Assembly (NCBI GenBank): GCA_040219255.1
Contig: JAVJSW010000060.1
Location: forward strand, 1-64,000
From: Sumerlaeia bacterium
Lineage (GTDB): Bacteria; Sumerlaeota; Sumerlaeia; SLMS01; JAHLLQ01
Direction of reading: 5' to 3'
Length of the DNA stretch: 64,000 bases
The position numbers and the translations under genes are program-made. Under the pieces are notes generated by a model. That model did not search any database and was not told where the DNA came from. It was given only the letters and a program-made list of their open reading frames with translations. Below are positions 38,085 through 47,387 of this stretch, piece after piece; the first letter of the stretch is position 1; each line of letters begins with the position of its first letter.

Positions 38085-39325
38085 CTCTGGTGGGATTTCC
38101 TTAGTCTCCGCCACCACCCCCGGTTCCTCCCGAACAGGTAGCTGTGGAACAGGAAGATGCCGACGAACACGGCGGTCAGCAGGTCGACGCAGACCGTCAG
38201 CAGGATCACGATGACCTTGGTGCCGCTCTTGTGGCGGGGCATCTCGCGCAGGCGCAGCAGCGTCTTCCAGTCCATGATAGACAGTCCCACCTGGAGCAGC
38301 ACCGCCGCGAGCACCGCGTTCGGGATGCGGCTGACGATGGGTCCGAAACCGATGAGGATGACCAGCAGGATGAGGGCGTGGCTGGCCGCGGCGAGGCGTG
38401 TGCGGGCGCCGGAGGTGATGTTGACGACGGTGCAGCTTGTGGTGCCGGCGCAGGGGACGCCGCCGAAGAGTCCGGCCATCAGGTTGCCAAGGCCTTGGCC
38501 CGCGAGGACGCGATTGGGCTGCTGATGGCTGTCGGTCATTTCGTCGGCGATCAGGGAAGTGATGAGACTGTCGAGGGCTCCCATGAGGCCCAGGATGCTG
38601 GCGGAGAGGAGAACCTCGGCGAGGCGGAGGCCGGTCATGGCCTCGGGCCAGGGAAAGTGCGGCGTGGGAAGGCCGCGGGGGATGGCGCCCACGGTTTCGA
38701 CGTGGAGACCGAAGCCGATCGCCACGCCGGTTCCCACGATCACGCCGAGGAGCGGGCCCGGGATCCAATCGGTGACGCGCTTGGGGAAGAAGTAGATGGC
38801 GGCGAGGGTCACGAGTCCGAGGACGATGGCGGGAGTGAAGGGATCGGCGAGCCAGGAGGGCAGGGTGAGAAGGGCGAGGAGGGGCCTGCCCGGTGAGGCG
38901 TGGCCCAGGAGCGGGCCGATCTGAAGAAGGACGATGATAAGGCCGATGCCGGACATGAAGCCGGAGACGACTTCGTGAGGGACGAAGCGAAGGAGGTTTC
39001 CGGCCCGGCCGGCGGCCAGAAGCATTTGAATCAAACCGGCCAGCACGACGATCAGGAAGCCGATGCCGGGTTTATCCGAGTAGGGGGTGAGGACGGCGAG
39101 GAGGACGACGGTCATGGGGCCTGTGGGGCCGGTGACGAGGGTCGGGCAGCCTCCGACGATGGCGGAGAAGAATCCGGCGGCGATGGCGCCGTAGAGGCCG
39201 GCCTCGGGGCCGAGGCCGGAGGCGACGCCAAAGGCGATGGCGAGCGGCAGGGCCACGACGGCGGTGGTCAGGCCGGCGGTGAGATCGGCTCTGAGCGTTT
39301 TCCAGGAGTACGAAAAGGCCAACAT
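38081..39325 (-). CDS. SulP/BicA-family anion permease lacking a STAS domain
   Basis: DLTAGLTTAVVALPLAIAFG, GLYGAI, TGPTGPM, GQGLGN, IPNAVLA; ends just after the last TM segment. Confidence 0.88.
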   Translation of the reverse strand: MLAFSYSWKTLRADLTAGLTTAVVALPLAIAFGVASGLGPEAGLYGAIAAGFFSAIVGGCPTLVTGPTGPMTVVLLAVLTPYSDKPGIGFLIVVLAGLIQMLLAAGRAGNLLRFVPHEVVSGFMSGIGLIIVLLQIGPLLGHASPGRPLLALLTLPSWLADPFTPAIVLGLVTLAAIYFFPKRVTDWIPGPLLGVIVGTGVAIGFGLHVETVGAIPRGLPTPHFPWPEAMTGLRLAEVLLSASILGLMGALDSLITSLIADEMTDSHQQPNRVLAGQGLGNLMAGLFGGVPCAGTTSCTVVNITSGARTRLAAASHALILLVILIGFGPIVSRIPNAVLAAVLLQVGLSIMDWKTLLRLREMPRHKSGTKVIVILLTVCVDLLTAVFVGIFLFHSYLFGRNRGWWRRLRKSHQS

Positions 39326-39375
39326 GTGTCCTTTGGAAAGACGGGGTTGGCTGGCGATTTCCCGGCGGCGCGTGA

Positions 39376-41328
39376 TTACCCGTTCGACAAAGCGGCGATG
39401 CCTTGTCGTTTGTAGCGGCAGAGAGCCTGCACGAGAGAGGCGCTTGTGGGCTGAGAAGCCACCACCTGCGCTTCCACGCCGAGCGTTCCCAATGCCTGGG
39501 CGACACCGTCGCTGATCGCGGCCAGCACGACGCCCGATAGCAAGTCACGTGCGTCTTCTTCCTCTAAGACACGGGCGAAGGCGTCGACGGCGGAGATGGA
39601 GAAGAAGGTGACGGCGTCGACCTCCTCGTCGCGCAGGGCGTGGGCGAGGCGCAGGGCCTGGGAAGCGTCGGGAACGCTCTCGTAGAGGGGAAGAATGAGG
39701 ACGCTGGCGCCACGGTTTTCGAGTTCCTCGGCGAGGTCGCCGTGCTCGCCGACACTTTCCACGATGGTGACGCGGGAGACGGACAGATCGGGGCCGAAGA
39801 TGTCGCGCATGGCTTTGGGGGTGAAGGGCGGGTGGATCGCATGGGCCACCACGTTGCGTTCGCGCAACGCGTCGAGGGTCGCTCCACCGGCGGCGAGGAT
39901 GCGGGCGCGGGAGGAAAGAACGCGCAGGTCGAGGCCGACGCTCCAGAGGGCGTCGAAGAAACTCTGTACCCCACGGGGACTGTTGAAGACCAAGTGTGTC
40001 GATTGGGCCAGGTCGTCCTGGAGGGCTTCGAGTTCGGAGGAGAGGCCCGCCACGGGGCTGTGGGTGGTCAGGGGGAAGGCGCGGGCTTCAGCGCCGCCTT
40101 CGCGCAATTGGAGCAGGGTTTCCTCGGCTCGGTGGCGCGAACGGGTCACGGCCACGCGCCATCCGAAGAGGGGTTGGCGCTCGAAAAAGTTGAGTTCTTC
40201 GCGCAGGTTGACGACTTCGCCGACGACGAGGAGGGCGGGGGCTTCGACGCCTTCGCCGCGGATGCGTTCGGGAAAGTCGGCGACGGTGGCGACACAGACG
40301 CGCTGGCGGCTGGTGGTGCCCCATTGGATGCAGGCGACGGGCTGGCCCTGGGGCCGGCCGCCGGAGAGCAGGCCATCGCGGATGTCGTCGAGAGTCGCCA
40401 TGGGCATGAGAATGACGAGTGTATCGGCGGCGGCGCAGACCGCTTCCCAGTCGACCTCCGAGGTGAAAAGGGCGCCTTGGGGGGCGTCGACGCGGGCGGC
40501 GCCGAAGGGGGCGCTGGTGCCGGTGTCTTCGTTGGTGGTTAGAATGGGGGTGGGGGGTCGCTCGGTGGCTTCCTCCACTTCCACGTTTTCGTTGGAGAGA
40601 AGGCGCATGATGGCGCTTTCGCCCGATTCGTGGTCACGGGCGTGGCGGCGGCGGATTTTGATACCGGGTTTGCGGCGCTTCATCATCTCGGCGGTCCGGG
40701 CGCCCGACGCCATGGCCTCCATGATGGCGGCGTGGGAGATCTTGGAGGTCGCCCGCGAGCCGTCTTCCTCGTGCATGCGGGGCGAGGAATCGGGCGCGCC
40801 CGGGCGTTGCGGCGTCAAAGCGCCGGAGGGGGGGAAGTCTTCGCCGTGTGGCGCCTGCTGGTGGCGAGGCAATTTGTGAACGGGTTCGACGCGGCCGTGG
40901 AGGACGAGGACGCTGCCGGCGAGGCCCCGCTGAAGGACGGGGATTCCGGCGTAGGCGGGGACGGCGAGGACGCTGCTGATTCCTGGGACGACCTCGACGG
41001 GGATGCCGGCTTCGCGGCAGGCGAGGGCTTCTTCGCCGCCCCGGCCGTAGAGGTAAGGATCGCCGCCTTTGAGGCGGACGGTGCGTTTGCCGCCGCGGGC
41101 GTGCTGGATCAGAGCCTCGTTGATTTCCGTCTGGCTCATGGAGGGTTTTCCGCCGCGCTTGCCAACGTAGATGCGCTCCGCGTCAGGGGGCGCGAGATCG
41201 AGCAAGTCCTGGCCGATCAAGGCGTCGTAGAGAACGACGTCGGCACCGACGAGGATGTCGCAGGCTCGGCGTGTGAGAAGACCCGGATCGCCGGGACCTC
41301 CTCCCACAAGAAAGACTTTTCCCGCCAT
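39376..41328 (-). CDS. cobA-hemD: Uroporphyrinogen-III C-methyltransferase / uroporphyrinogen-III synthase fusion
   Basis: VFLVGGGPGDPGLLT, VLYDAL, RLKGGDP, VVPGISS, VVGEVV, PLFGWRVAVTR, C-terminal HemD domain. Confidence 0.9.
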   Translation of the reverse strand: MAGKVFLVGGGPGDPGLLTRRACDILVGADVVLYDALIGQDLLDLAPPDAERIYVGKRGGKPSMSQTEINEALIQHARGGKRTVRLKGGDPYLYGRGGEEALACREAGIPVEVVPGISSVLAVPAYAGIPVLQRGLAGSVLVLHGRVEPVHKLPRHQQAPHGEDFPPSGALTPQRPGAPDSSPRMHEEDGSRATSKISHAAIMEAMASGARTAEMMKRRKPGIKIRRRHARDHESGESAIMRLLSNENVEVEEATERPPTPILTTNEDTGTSAPFGAARVDAPQGALFTSEVDWEAVCAAADTLVILMPMATLDDIRDGLLSGGRPQGQPVACIQWGTTSRQRVCVATVADFPERIRGEGVEAPALLVVGEVVNLREELNFFERQPLFGWRVAVTRSRHRAEETLLQLREGGAEARAFPLTTHSPVAGLSSELEALQDDLAQSTHLVFNSPRGVQSFFDALWSVGLDLRVLSSRARILAAGGATLDALRERNVVAHAIHPPFTPKAMRDIFGPDLSVSRVTIVESVGEHGDLAEELENRGASVLILPLYESVPDASQALRLAHALRDEEVDAVTFFSISAVDAFARVLEEEDARDLLSGVVLAAISDGVAQALGTLGVEAQVVASQPTSASLVQALCRYKRQGIAALSNG

Positions 41329-41550
41329 GCTCCACAAACCTCGGCGTAGGGATCTCGCTCGTCCCGATGGATGACGAGGTTTGACATAGAAGAAGACGCG
41401 CATGTGCGCAAGAGGCATCCCGGGGCTTTGCGAGCCTTTCGGAAGCGGTGCGGCGCGCGCGGCGCATGGACCGCCGAAAAAGCTCGCGCGGGTCTGGCCT
41501 TTGCTGTAGGAAGACAGGCAGATGATTCTTCGAAAAGGACCCGACCCAAC

Positions 41551-41793
41551 ATGACCAGTGAGACCCCGCCCCAAGGCTATACCCTGATCCATGTGGCCGA
41601 GATGCCGGAGATGGCCCACCTGTTCCGCGATGTTCTGTCGTCCCAGGGCTTCGACGTGTACGAGACGGACAATGACAGCAACGGACTCTTCCGGACGGAA
41701 TGGGGATCGCGGATTTACGTGCGCGACGCCCAGGCCACCAAAGCCACCGCGGCTCTGGACGAGTACCGTAACGAGAATCAGCCGAGCGCCTGA
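41551..41793 (+). CDS. DUF2007-like small protein
   Basis: EMAHLFRDVLSSQG...RIYVRD..A..A pattern. Confidence 0.6.
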   Translation: MTSETPPQGYTLIHVAEMPEMAHLFRDVLSSQGFDVYETDNDSNGLFRTEWGSRIYVRDAQATKATAALDEYRNENQPSA

Positions 41794-41800
41794 GACGAAG

Positions 41801-41832
41801 AAAACCCCGCTCTGGAGAGAGCGGGGCGAAAA
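41801..41832. terminator. Hairpin terminator (likely for prs-rplY)
   Basis: AAAA-CCCCGCTCT-ggag-AGAGCGGGG; U-tract on the minus strand. Confidence 0.65.
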
Positions 41833-41865
41833 GAGGCTTAAGCGATTTGGAGGAGGGCTTGGGGT

Positions 41866-42510
41866 TTAGGCTTCGCCCTCGGTGCCCAGGCCCGCCTGGC
41901 CCGTCTCGGGAGAGGCGGCTGTGGCGGTGTCTTTGTCCTTGGGAACGACAGAGATCACGGTGGCACTGGCTTCGTTGATGTAGGTAACGCCCTCGAAGCG
42001 AGGCAAGTCGCTGACGTGGATCGCCTGATTGAGCTGGATGTCGGTCATGTCGATTTCGATGTGACCGGGAATGTCGCGGGGGAAGCCGGAGACTTCGACT
42101 TCGTGGAGGACCTGCTCGATGAGGCCGCCGGCCTTGACGCCAGCGCACTTCTGGCGGTTCTCGATGTGGATCGGAACGGACAGGTAGATGGTCTCGCCGC
42201 GGGTGATGCGGAGCAAATCGACGTGAAGGATCTTGTTCTTCACGGGTTCGCGTTGAACGTCCTTGATGTAGGCCTCGGCGGATTCGCCGCCTTCGACTTT
42301 GACGTCGATGACGGAGGTGTCGCCATGGAGCGCCTGGAGGAGGACGACCATCTCATGCTCACTGAGGGTGAGGGAGACGGGCTCGGCGTGCCCGCCATAC
42401 ATGATGGCGGGGACTTCCCCGGCGGCGCGGAGTTTCTTTGCTTTTTCTTTGCCCGTATTCTGGCGAAGCGTGGCGTTGAGAGTGAAACTTTGGGTGGCGG
42501 TTGCGGCCAT
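41866..42510 (-). CDS. rplY: 50S ribosomal protein L25/Ctc
   Basis: GKEKAKKLR..G.VPAIMYG, KDVQREPV...LHVD, GVKAGG, IHVSDL. Confidence 0.95.
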   Translation of the reverse strand: MAATATQSFTLNATLRQNTGKEKAKKLRAAGEVPAIMYGGHAEPVSLTLSEHEMVVLLQALHGDTSVIDVKVEGGESAEAYIKDVQREPVKNKILHVDLLRITRGETIYLSVPIHIENRQKCAGVKAGGLIEQVLHEVEVSGFPRDIPGHIEIDMTDIQLNQAIHVSDLPRFEGVTYINEASATVISVVPKDKDTATAASPETGQAGLGTEGEA

Positions 42511-42604
42511 ATCCTCTTGTCCTTTCCCCTGCACGGAGCCGGTTCGGTTCCGTTTGACACATGCTGGATTCAGTCAGCGGCCGTGGGCCGTTCGCGGAAA
42601 TCGC

Positions 42605-43570
42605 TTAGCCGATTTCGTCGCGGAACAGGGCGCTGACAGAAGTGTGCCGATGGATGCGGTCGATCGCCGACGCGAGGAGCGGAGCGATGTTGAGCAGTCT
42701 CACCTTCCCGGACAGGGCGCTCTTGTCTTGAGCGATGGAGTTTGTGACAATCACTTCCTTGAACGGGGCTTCCGCCAGACGCTCAAGAGCGGGGCCGGAG
42801 AACACGCCGTGGGTCGCGATGGCGTACACGTCGCGGGCACCGGCGTCCCGCAAAGCCCGGGCTGCATTACAGATTGTGCCCGCCGTGTCAATCATATCGT
42901 CGAAGATTACCACGTCGTTGTTTTCCACGTACACCTTGCCGATGATCGCCATGACCTCGCTCTCGTTGGGGCGGGGCCTGCGTTTGTCGATAATCGCCAG
43001 CGGCGTTTTGATCATGTCGGCGAAGTTGCGGCTGCTCTTCACGTTGCCCACGTCGGGGCTGACGACGCAGGCGTTCTTGAGACCGAGTTCGCGGATGCAC
43101 TTGACCAGAATCGGGTCCGCTTCCAGGTGATCGAGGGGCAAATCGAAGAAGCCCTGAATCTGGGCCGAATGCAGGTTTAGCGCCAGCACGCGGTCGGCGC
43201 CGGCGGTGGCGATCATGTTGGCGACGAGCTTGGCGGAGAGGGCGACACGGCCCTGGCTCTTGCGATCCTGACGCGCGTAGCCGTAGTACGGGATGACCGC
43301 CGTGATGCGGTCGGCGCTCGCGCGGCGGGCGGCGTCGATGGTCAGCAGCAACTCCATCAGGTTTTCGTTCACCGGGTTCGAAGTGCTCTGGACGATGAAC
43401 ACGTCGCGGCCGCGCAGGTTGTTGCCGATCTTGACGAATGTTTCGGCATCGCTGAAGCGTTCCACCATCAGATCGCCCATGGGAACCGCCAGTTCGTGGC
43501 AGATATCCATCGTCAGCGACCGGGAGGCGGAACCCGGCAGGATTACGGGGGGATCGTTGTAGGTGCTCAT
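42605..43570 (-). CDS. prs: Ribose-phosphate pyrophosphokinase
   Basis: RGRDVFIVQST, NLMELL, PYYGYARQDRK, LHSAQIQGFF, VSPDVG, DDMIDTAGT. Confidence 0.97.
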   Translation of the reverse strand: MSTYNDPPVILPGSASRSLTMDICHELAVPMGDLMVERFSDAETFVKIGNNLRGRDVFIVQSTSNPVNENLMELLLTIDAARRASADRITAVIPYYGYARQDRKSQGRVALSAKLVANMIATAGADRVLALNLHSAQIQGFFDLPLDHLEADPILVKCIRELGLKNACVVSPDVGNVKSSRNFADMIKTPLAIIDKRRPRPNESEVMAIIGKVYVENNDVVIFDDMIDTAGTICNAARALRDAGARDVYAIATHGVFSGPALERLAEAPFKEVIVTNSIAQDKSALSGKVRLLNIAPLLASAIDRIHRHTSVSALFRDEIG

Positions 43571-43676
43571 AATAACCGCTGGCGCCCATCGCCTGAAGTC
43601 GAAGTCCGGGAGGGACGCCACCACGACCGCGCGCCGGTGCGCAATGGGGCTTTTTGAGTTTTTCGTTACTTGGATG

Positions 43677-43983
43677 AACCACAGAGATGACACAGAGGAG
43701 CGAGGTTGCACAGAGGTCGGGTGCAGTCAGGATCGGAGCATTCCAGAAAACGGACACACAGCTCAAAGAATCGCGAAGGCTGAGGGTGGATAGAATCAGT
43801 GGTTCGCGGGTAAGGAACGGGATTTGACTTGTTATCCAAAAACCAAAGAAAACTCCTGGTTTGTTCCTTGTAATCTGCGTGAGCTTTCTGATTTCCGAGT
43901 TTTTTCTCTGAAAAAGCAGCCCGTAGGCTCCGAAGGTTTTCTGATTTTCTGCGAAAACTCTATCCTCTGCGTCCTCTGTGGTT
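43677..43983. repeat. Intergenic element with inverted ACCACAGAG-type ends
   Basis: AACCACAGAGATGACACAGAGG at 43677 and CCTCTGCGTCCTCTGTGGTT ending at about 43984; lower-GC interior. Confidence 0.55.
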
Positions 43984-44941
43984 ATGCCGGGCGCCGGCCC
44001 AGGAAGTCGAACTGGTGTGCGATATAGACCAGTTCGCCGCGGTCGAGCTGGGCGTGGCGCTCGGCCATCCAGCGCGCGAGCCGGTCGGGCGGAAAGACGT
44101 CCGAGCGCTTTGCCAGTTCGCTTTCGAGATAATGCAGGATGCAGCGGATGAAGTAGGCTTCCTCCGCCGGATAGGCGCCACCGGCGCCGGCATAGACAAT
44201 CCAGTCGCTGCTCTCCGCCGCCAGGATTTCCGCCCCGGCGCGGCGGGCCTGGGCGAAGAAATGGCGCCCGGCGCGGCTGTCGCCTGACAGACGTCCCGCG
44301 ATCCGGCGCTGGTCCATGGATTCGTGATAGAGGCGGATCGCGAGGGTGTCGTCCTCGGGGTCGCTGGTGGCGGGCTCGAGGGCCGTCTCGCCATCGAAGG
44401 TGATGGGGAAGTAGAAAAACCAGCCGGGCTCGAGCAGCTCGAGCCACCGGGGCAGCACCGCGTCCACATCGAAGAGGTCGAGCACGGCTTGCCCCATCAG
44501 GCCATGCACTCGGGGCGCGTTCGCGGGCCGGGCGGCGATCCAGTCGAGGATATCGACCTGGTGGAACTCGACTTCGACGCGCTTCATCTCGTGGCGATTT
44601 TCGAAGAGAACGAGCGTTTCGTCAAAGGGGCAGACACTCCAGCCCTCGCCGCGAGCCCAGGCCATGAGGCCTTCGCGCCCGGCGGCCAGGGCTTCGCCAT
44701 CGATTTCCACCACCGTATAGTGGGCGTTGATTCCGGGCAGGGCCATCACGCGGCGCAGCAGCGCCCCCGTGCCGCCGCCGATTTCGAGCAGGCGCCGCAA
44801 GCGGCCTCCGCCCTGGGGCCCGAAGATTTCGCCAACGAACCGGCCCCAGACGGCACGGCTGAGCGCGCGGTTGTCCACCGTCCGTTTGGATTCGAGGTAG
44901 CGGGGAAAAGAGAATTCGAAGGACGCGGCGGCGGCGGACAT
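43982..44941 (-). CDS. Class I SAM-dependent methyltransferase
   Basis: RYLESKRTVDNRAL, LLEIGGGTG motif I, AVLDL, FPITFDG. Confidence 0.82.
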   Translation of the reverse strand: MSAAAASFEFSFPRYLESKRTVDNRALSRAVWGRFVGEIFGPQGGGRLRRLLEIGGGTGALLRRVMALPGINAHYTVVEIDGEALAAGREGLMAWARGEGWSVCPFDETLVLFENRHEMKRVEVEFHQVDILDWIAARPANAPRVHGLMGQAVLDLFDVDAVLPRWLELLEPGWFFYFPITFDGETALEPATSDPEDDTLAIRLYHESMDQRRIAGRLSGDSRAGRHFFAQARRAGAEILAAESSDWIVYAGAGGAYPAEEAYFIRCILHYLESELAKRSDVFPPDRLARWMAERHAQLDRGELVYIAHQFDFLGRRPA

Positions 44942-45009
44942 GGGAAAGGGTTCCGAGGGAGAAATGGCGTACCCACCCTGAGCAAAATGGGCACCGGACG
45001 CCGCGGCGG

Positions 45010-45747
45010 CTAGACGACCGGTTTGGGGTGAACCAGCAGGAGGTTGGCGTCGTAAGTGACGATTCCCAGCAGAATCGCCGCGATAGCGTGTTCCGTGGCG
45101 ACCCAGTAGAAGTGGTCGTTTTCGGCGTAGGGGTTGGTATGGAGGGGATCGGCGACCAGGACGCGGCGGCGTTCGCTGTCCATGCCGCAGAGGACGACGA
45201 AATGGCCGGCGACTTCGCCGGCGACGTCGTCGAGAATCGCGACGCGGCCCTCGAAACGCTCGCGCGCCGAACGATACAGGAACGTCGCGTTCAGGCCCGT
45301 GAGCAGCGGCATGCCATCCTCGACGATGTGCTCGGCGAGGAGTTCGTGGGAGAGGTCGCGCATGCGCAAGCGGCCGCCCATGGTGAGAAACTTCAGGTAG
45401 CCGGCGGTGGCATCGAGAAGTCTCTCGTTATTGGACTTGGAATCGCGCTGCTGACGTAGTTTTTCGCCGATGTCGACCTGGGGGCGATGGTTTTCGCCGA
45501 ACCAGGTGGGGTCGAAAACGTGGACGTTGTGGGTATAGATGGTCGCGTCGTAGCCGCGTTCGAGCGCATGGCAGCCGAGAAAGACCGCCAGGGTGCCGCC
45601 CTCGGGGAATTGAGGGGCCTGCGCGATCACGTCCTTCAAACTGATTTCGTCGCCGTGATAGGCGTAAATGGCCTGGAGGCACGTCGGACCACAGGTCACG
45701 TCGTCTGGTTGGCGGTGGATTTTGAGGGGACGGGGAATAACGAGCAT
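45010..45747 (-). CDS. Peptidase C39-like protein
   Basis: QPDDVTCGPTCL (Cys), GHFVVL (His), VLVADP (Asp). Confidence 0.82.
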   Translation of the reverse strand: MLVIPRPLKIHRQPDDVTCGPTCLQAIYAYHGDEISLKDVIAQAPQFPEGGTLAVFLGCHALERGYDATIYTHNVHVFDPTWFGENHRPQVDIGEKLRQQRDSKSNNERLLDATAGYLKFLTMGGRLRMRDLSHELLAEHIVEDGMPLLTGLNATFLYRSARERFEGRVAILDDVAGEVAGHFVVLCGMDSERRRVLVADPLHTNPYAENDHFYWVATEHAIAAILLGIVTYDANLLLVHPKPVV

Positions 45748-46042
45748 CTCGGCGGTTTCTCCTTAGAAACCAACCAGAGAGGATGGCGCAGCCAGGCGCC
45801 GAAAATCAAGCACTTGTATGAGGGCTTGATAAAACCTTGGAGCGCAGAGGGGAAAAGTGGCCGGGAGGACAAAGTTGCCACGGATCGGCACGGATGGGGA
45901 TTCAGATAAACAGAACTAAATGAATATTCTCCCGCATCCGTGCCCCGTTCAGGATCGAGAGACCCAGGCGGCTCCAAGCCGCGCCGGAGCGATCCCCCTC
46001 AGTGAAGCCTCTCTCCTCTGTACCCTTCTGTGGTTATTGAGT

Positions 46043-46465
46043 TTACCCCACCAGCTCCGCGTCCGAGAACCAGAGCGCCAGTTCGCGCGCGGCGCTTTCC
46101 GGGCTGTCGCTGCCGTGGACGATGTTTTCGGTGACTTCGGTGCAGTAGTCGCCGCGGATGGTGCCGGGCAGGGCGTCGGCGGGCTTGGTGGCGCCCATCA
46201 TCTTGCGGGCCAGCGAAATCGCGTCCGGGCCCTTGACCGCCAGGGCCACCAGCGGGCTGCCGGTCATGAAGGCCTTCAGGTCGGCGAAGAACGGCTTGCC
46301 GACGTGCTCGGCGTAGTGCTTGTCGGCCAGTTCGCTGCTCATTTTCATCATCTTCAGGCCAGCGATGGTGAGGCCTTTGGCCTCGAAGCGGCCGATGACT
46401 TCGCCAATCAGGCCGCGCTTCACGCCGTCGGGCTTCACAAGAATCAGGGTGGTTTCAACTGCCAT
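46043..46465 (-). CDS. ndk: Nucleoside-diphosphate kinase
   Basis: VKPDGVKRGLIG, HYAEH, PGTIRGD, NIVHGSDS. Confidence 0.97.
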   Translation of the reverse strand: MAVETTLILVKPDGVKRGLIGEVIGRFEAKGLTIAGLKMMKMSSELADKHYAEHVGKPFFADLKAFMTGSPLVALAVKGPDAISLARKMMGATKPADALPGTIRGDYCTEVTENIVHGSDSPESAARELALWFSDAELVG

Positions 46466-46631
46466 GGGTCGGGGTCTCCCGGGTATTCGGTAAGGTGCTC
46501 AAATGCGGTGGGAGCTTGCCCGGGGCCGGGGGGCGCGGGTCAACCTTGTCTTTGGGGGCTGCGGGGGATGAGAGGCGCCTCGACAGGAGAAGGATGCGCG
46601 TGGACGAGCGCTTAGCACAAAACCATTTTAT

Positions 46632-47387
46632 CTAGTTGTAAATAAACAGTCCTGCTTGACATCTCGGATTTTGTGGGAAATCCTTCAGCCATGCTCCCCT
46701 TGCGGTAGAACCGCAGGGCTGACGTCCGCCTCTTCGGAGGCGGCGTCTTTTTTTTAGCGCCACTTTGCCGGCTTTGAAATCGAGACACCAGGAACCAGGA
46801 GCGACCTGGATAATATCGGGCATCTGCGACGCCTTCAGTGTGGATTTCCAGATATCTCTCTTAGAGTCAGCAACCTGCTCGAGGTCGAAAGATTTCCTCT
46901 TCGGTGGAAAAGCGACTCGAATCTCTTGTTCGATTTTTCGGCGCTTGATGAAACGAATTGGAGGAACCAAATCGCTATCGGCGGAGATCAAGAGTGTCAC
47001 ATCGCACTCTTCGTCGTATGCATCGGTCAGCATTTGCACTGCGATGTTAACATCCGTCATTTTCTCTTCCGCCCGAACAAAGGGGTAAGAACAGCGAAAG
47101 CACTTGCTCTTCTTGTGAAGAAAGTTGCCGTAAACCACAGTACAATCCCGCAAGGTCTCCACAGCCTCCAAGTAGGCGTTTTGCCTTCGCTCCTTTTGCG
47201 GATCAGCGGCAGAGGCGGAAACTCGCGATGTAAAATAATATGTGTGTGACAGAGCTTCGTCGGATTTGACGAAGGCGGACGCCAACTTCACAAAATCCAA
47301 CCAATAATACCTGCGAAATGAAGCACTCTTCATTCCGTAGTACAGGTTGAATCCATCGATGTATGCAATAACCCTTTTCTGTTCCAT
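46632..47387 (-). CDS. NYN-domain (PIN-like, LabA/DUF88) nuclease with frameshifted C-terminus
   Basis: YIDGFNLYY, EEKMTDVNIA, LISADSDLVP; AT-rich; ATG overlaps the nrdJ stop (TGATG). Confidence 0.85.
   Translation of the reverse strand: MEQKRVIAYIDGFNLYYGMKSASFRRYYWLDFVKLASAFVKSDEALSHTYYFTSRVSASAADPQKERRQNAYLEAVETLRDCTVVYGNFLHKKSKCFRCSYPFVRAEEKMTDVNIAVQMLTDAYDEECDVTLLISADSDLVPPIRFIKRRKIEQEIRVAFPPKRKSFDLEQVADSKRDIWKSTLKASQMPDIIQVAPGSWCLDFKAGKVALKKRRRLRRGGRQPCGSTARGAWLKDFPQNPRCQAGLFIYN
46720..46756. terminator. Hairpin right after the probable ancestral NYN stop codon
   Basis: CCGCCTC-TTCG-GAGGCGG followed by a T-run on the plus strand. Confidence 0.6.
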
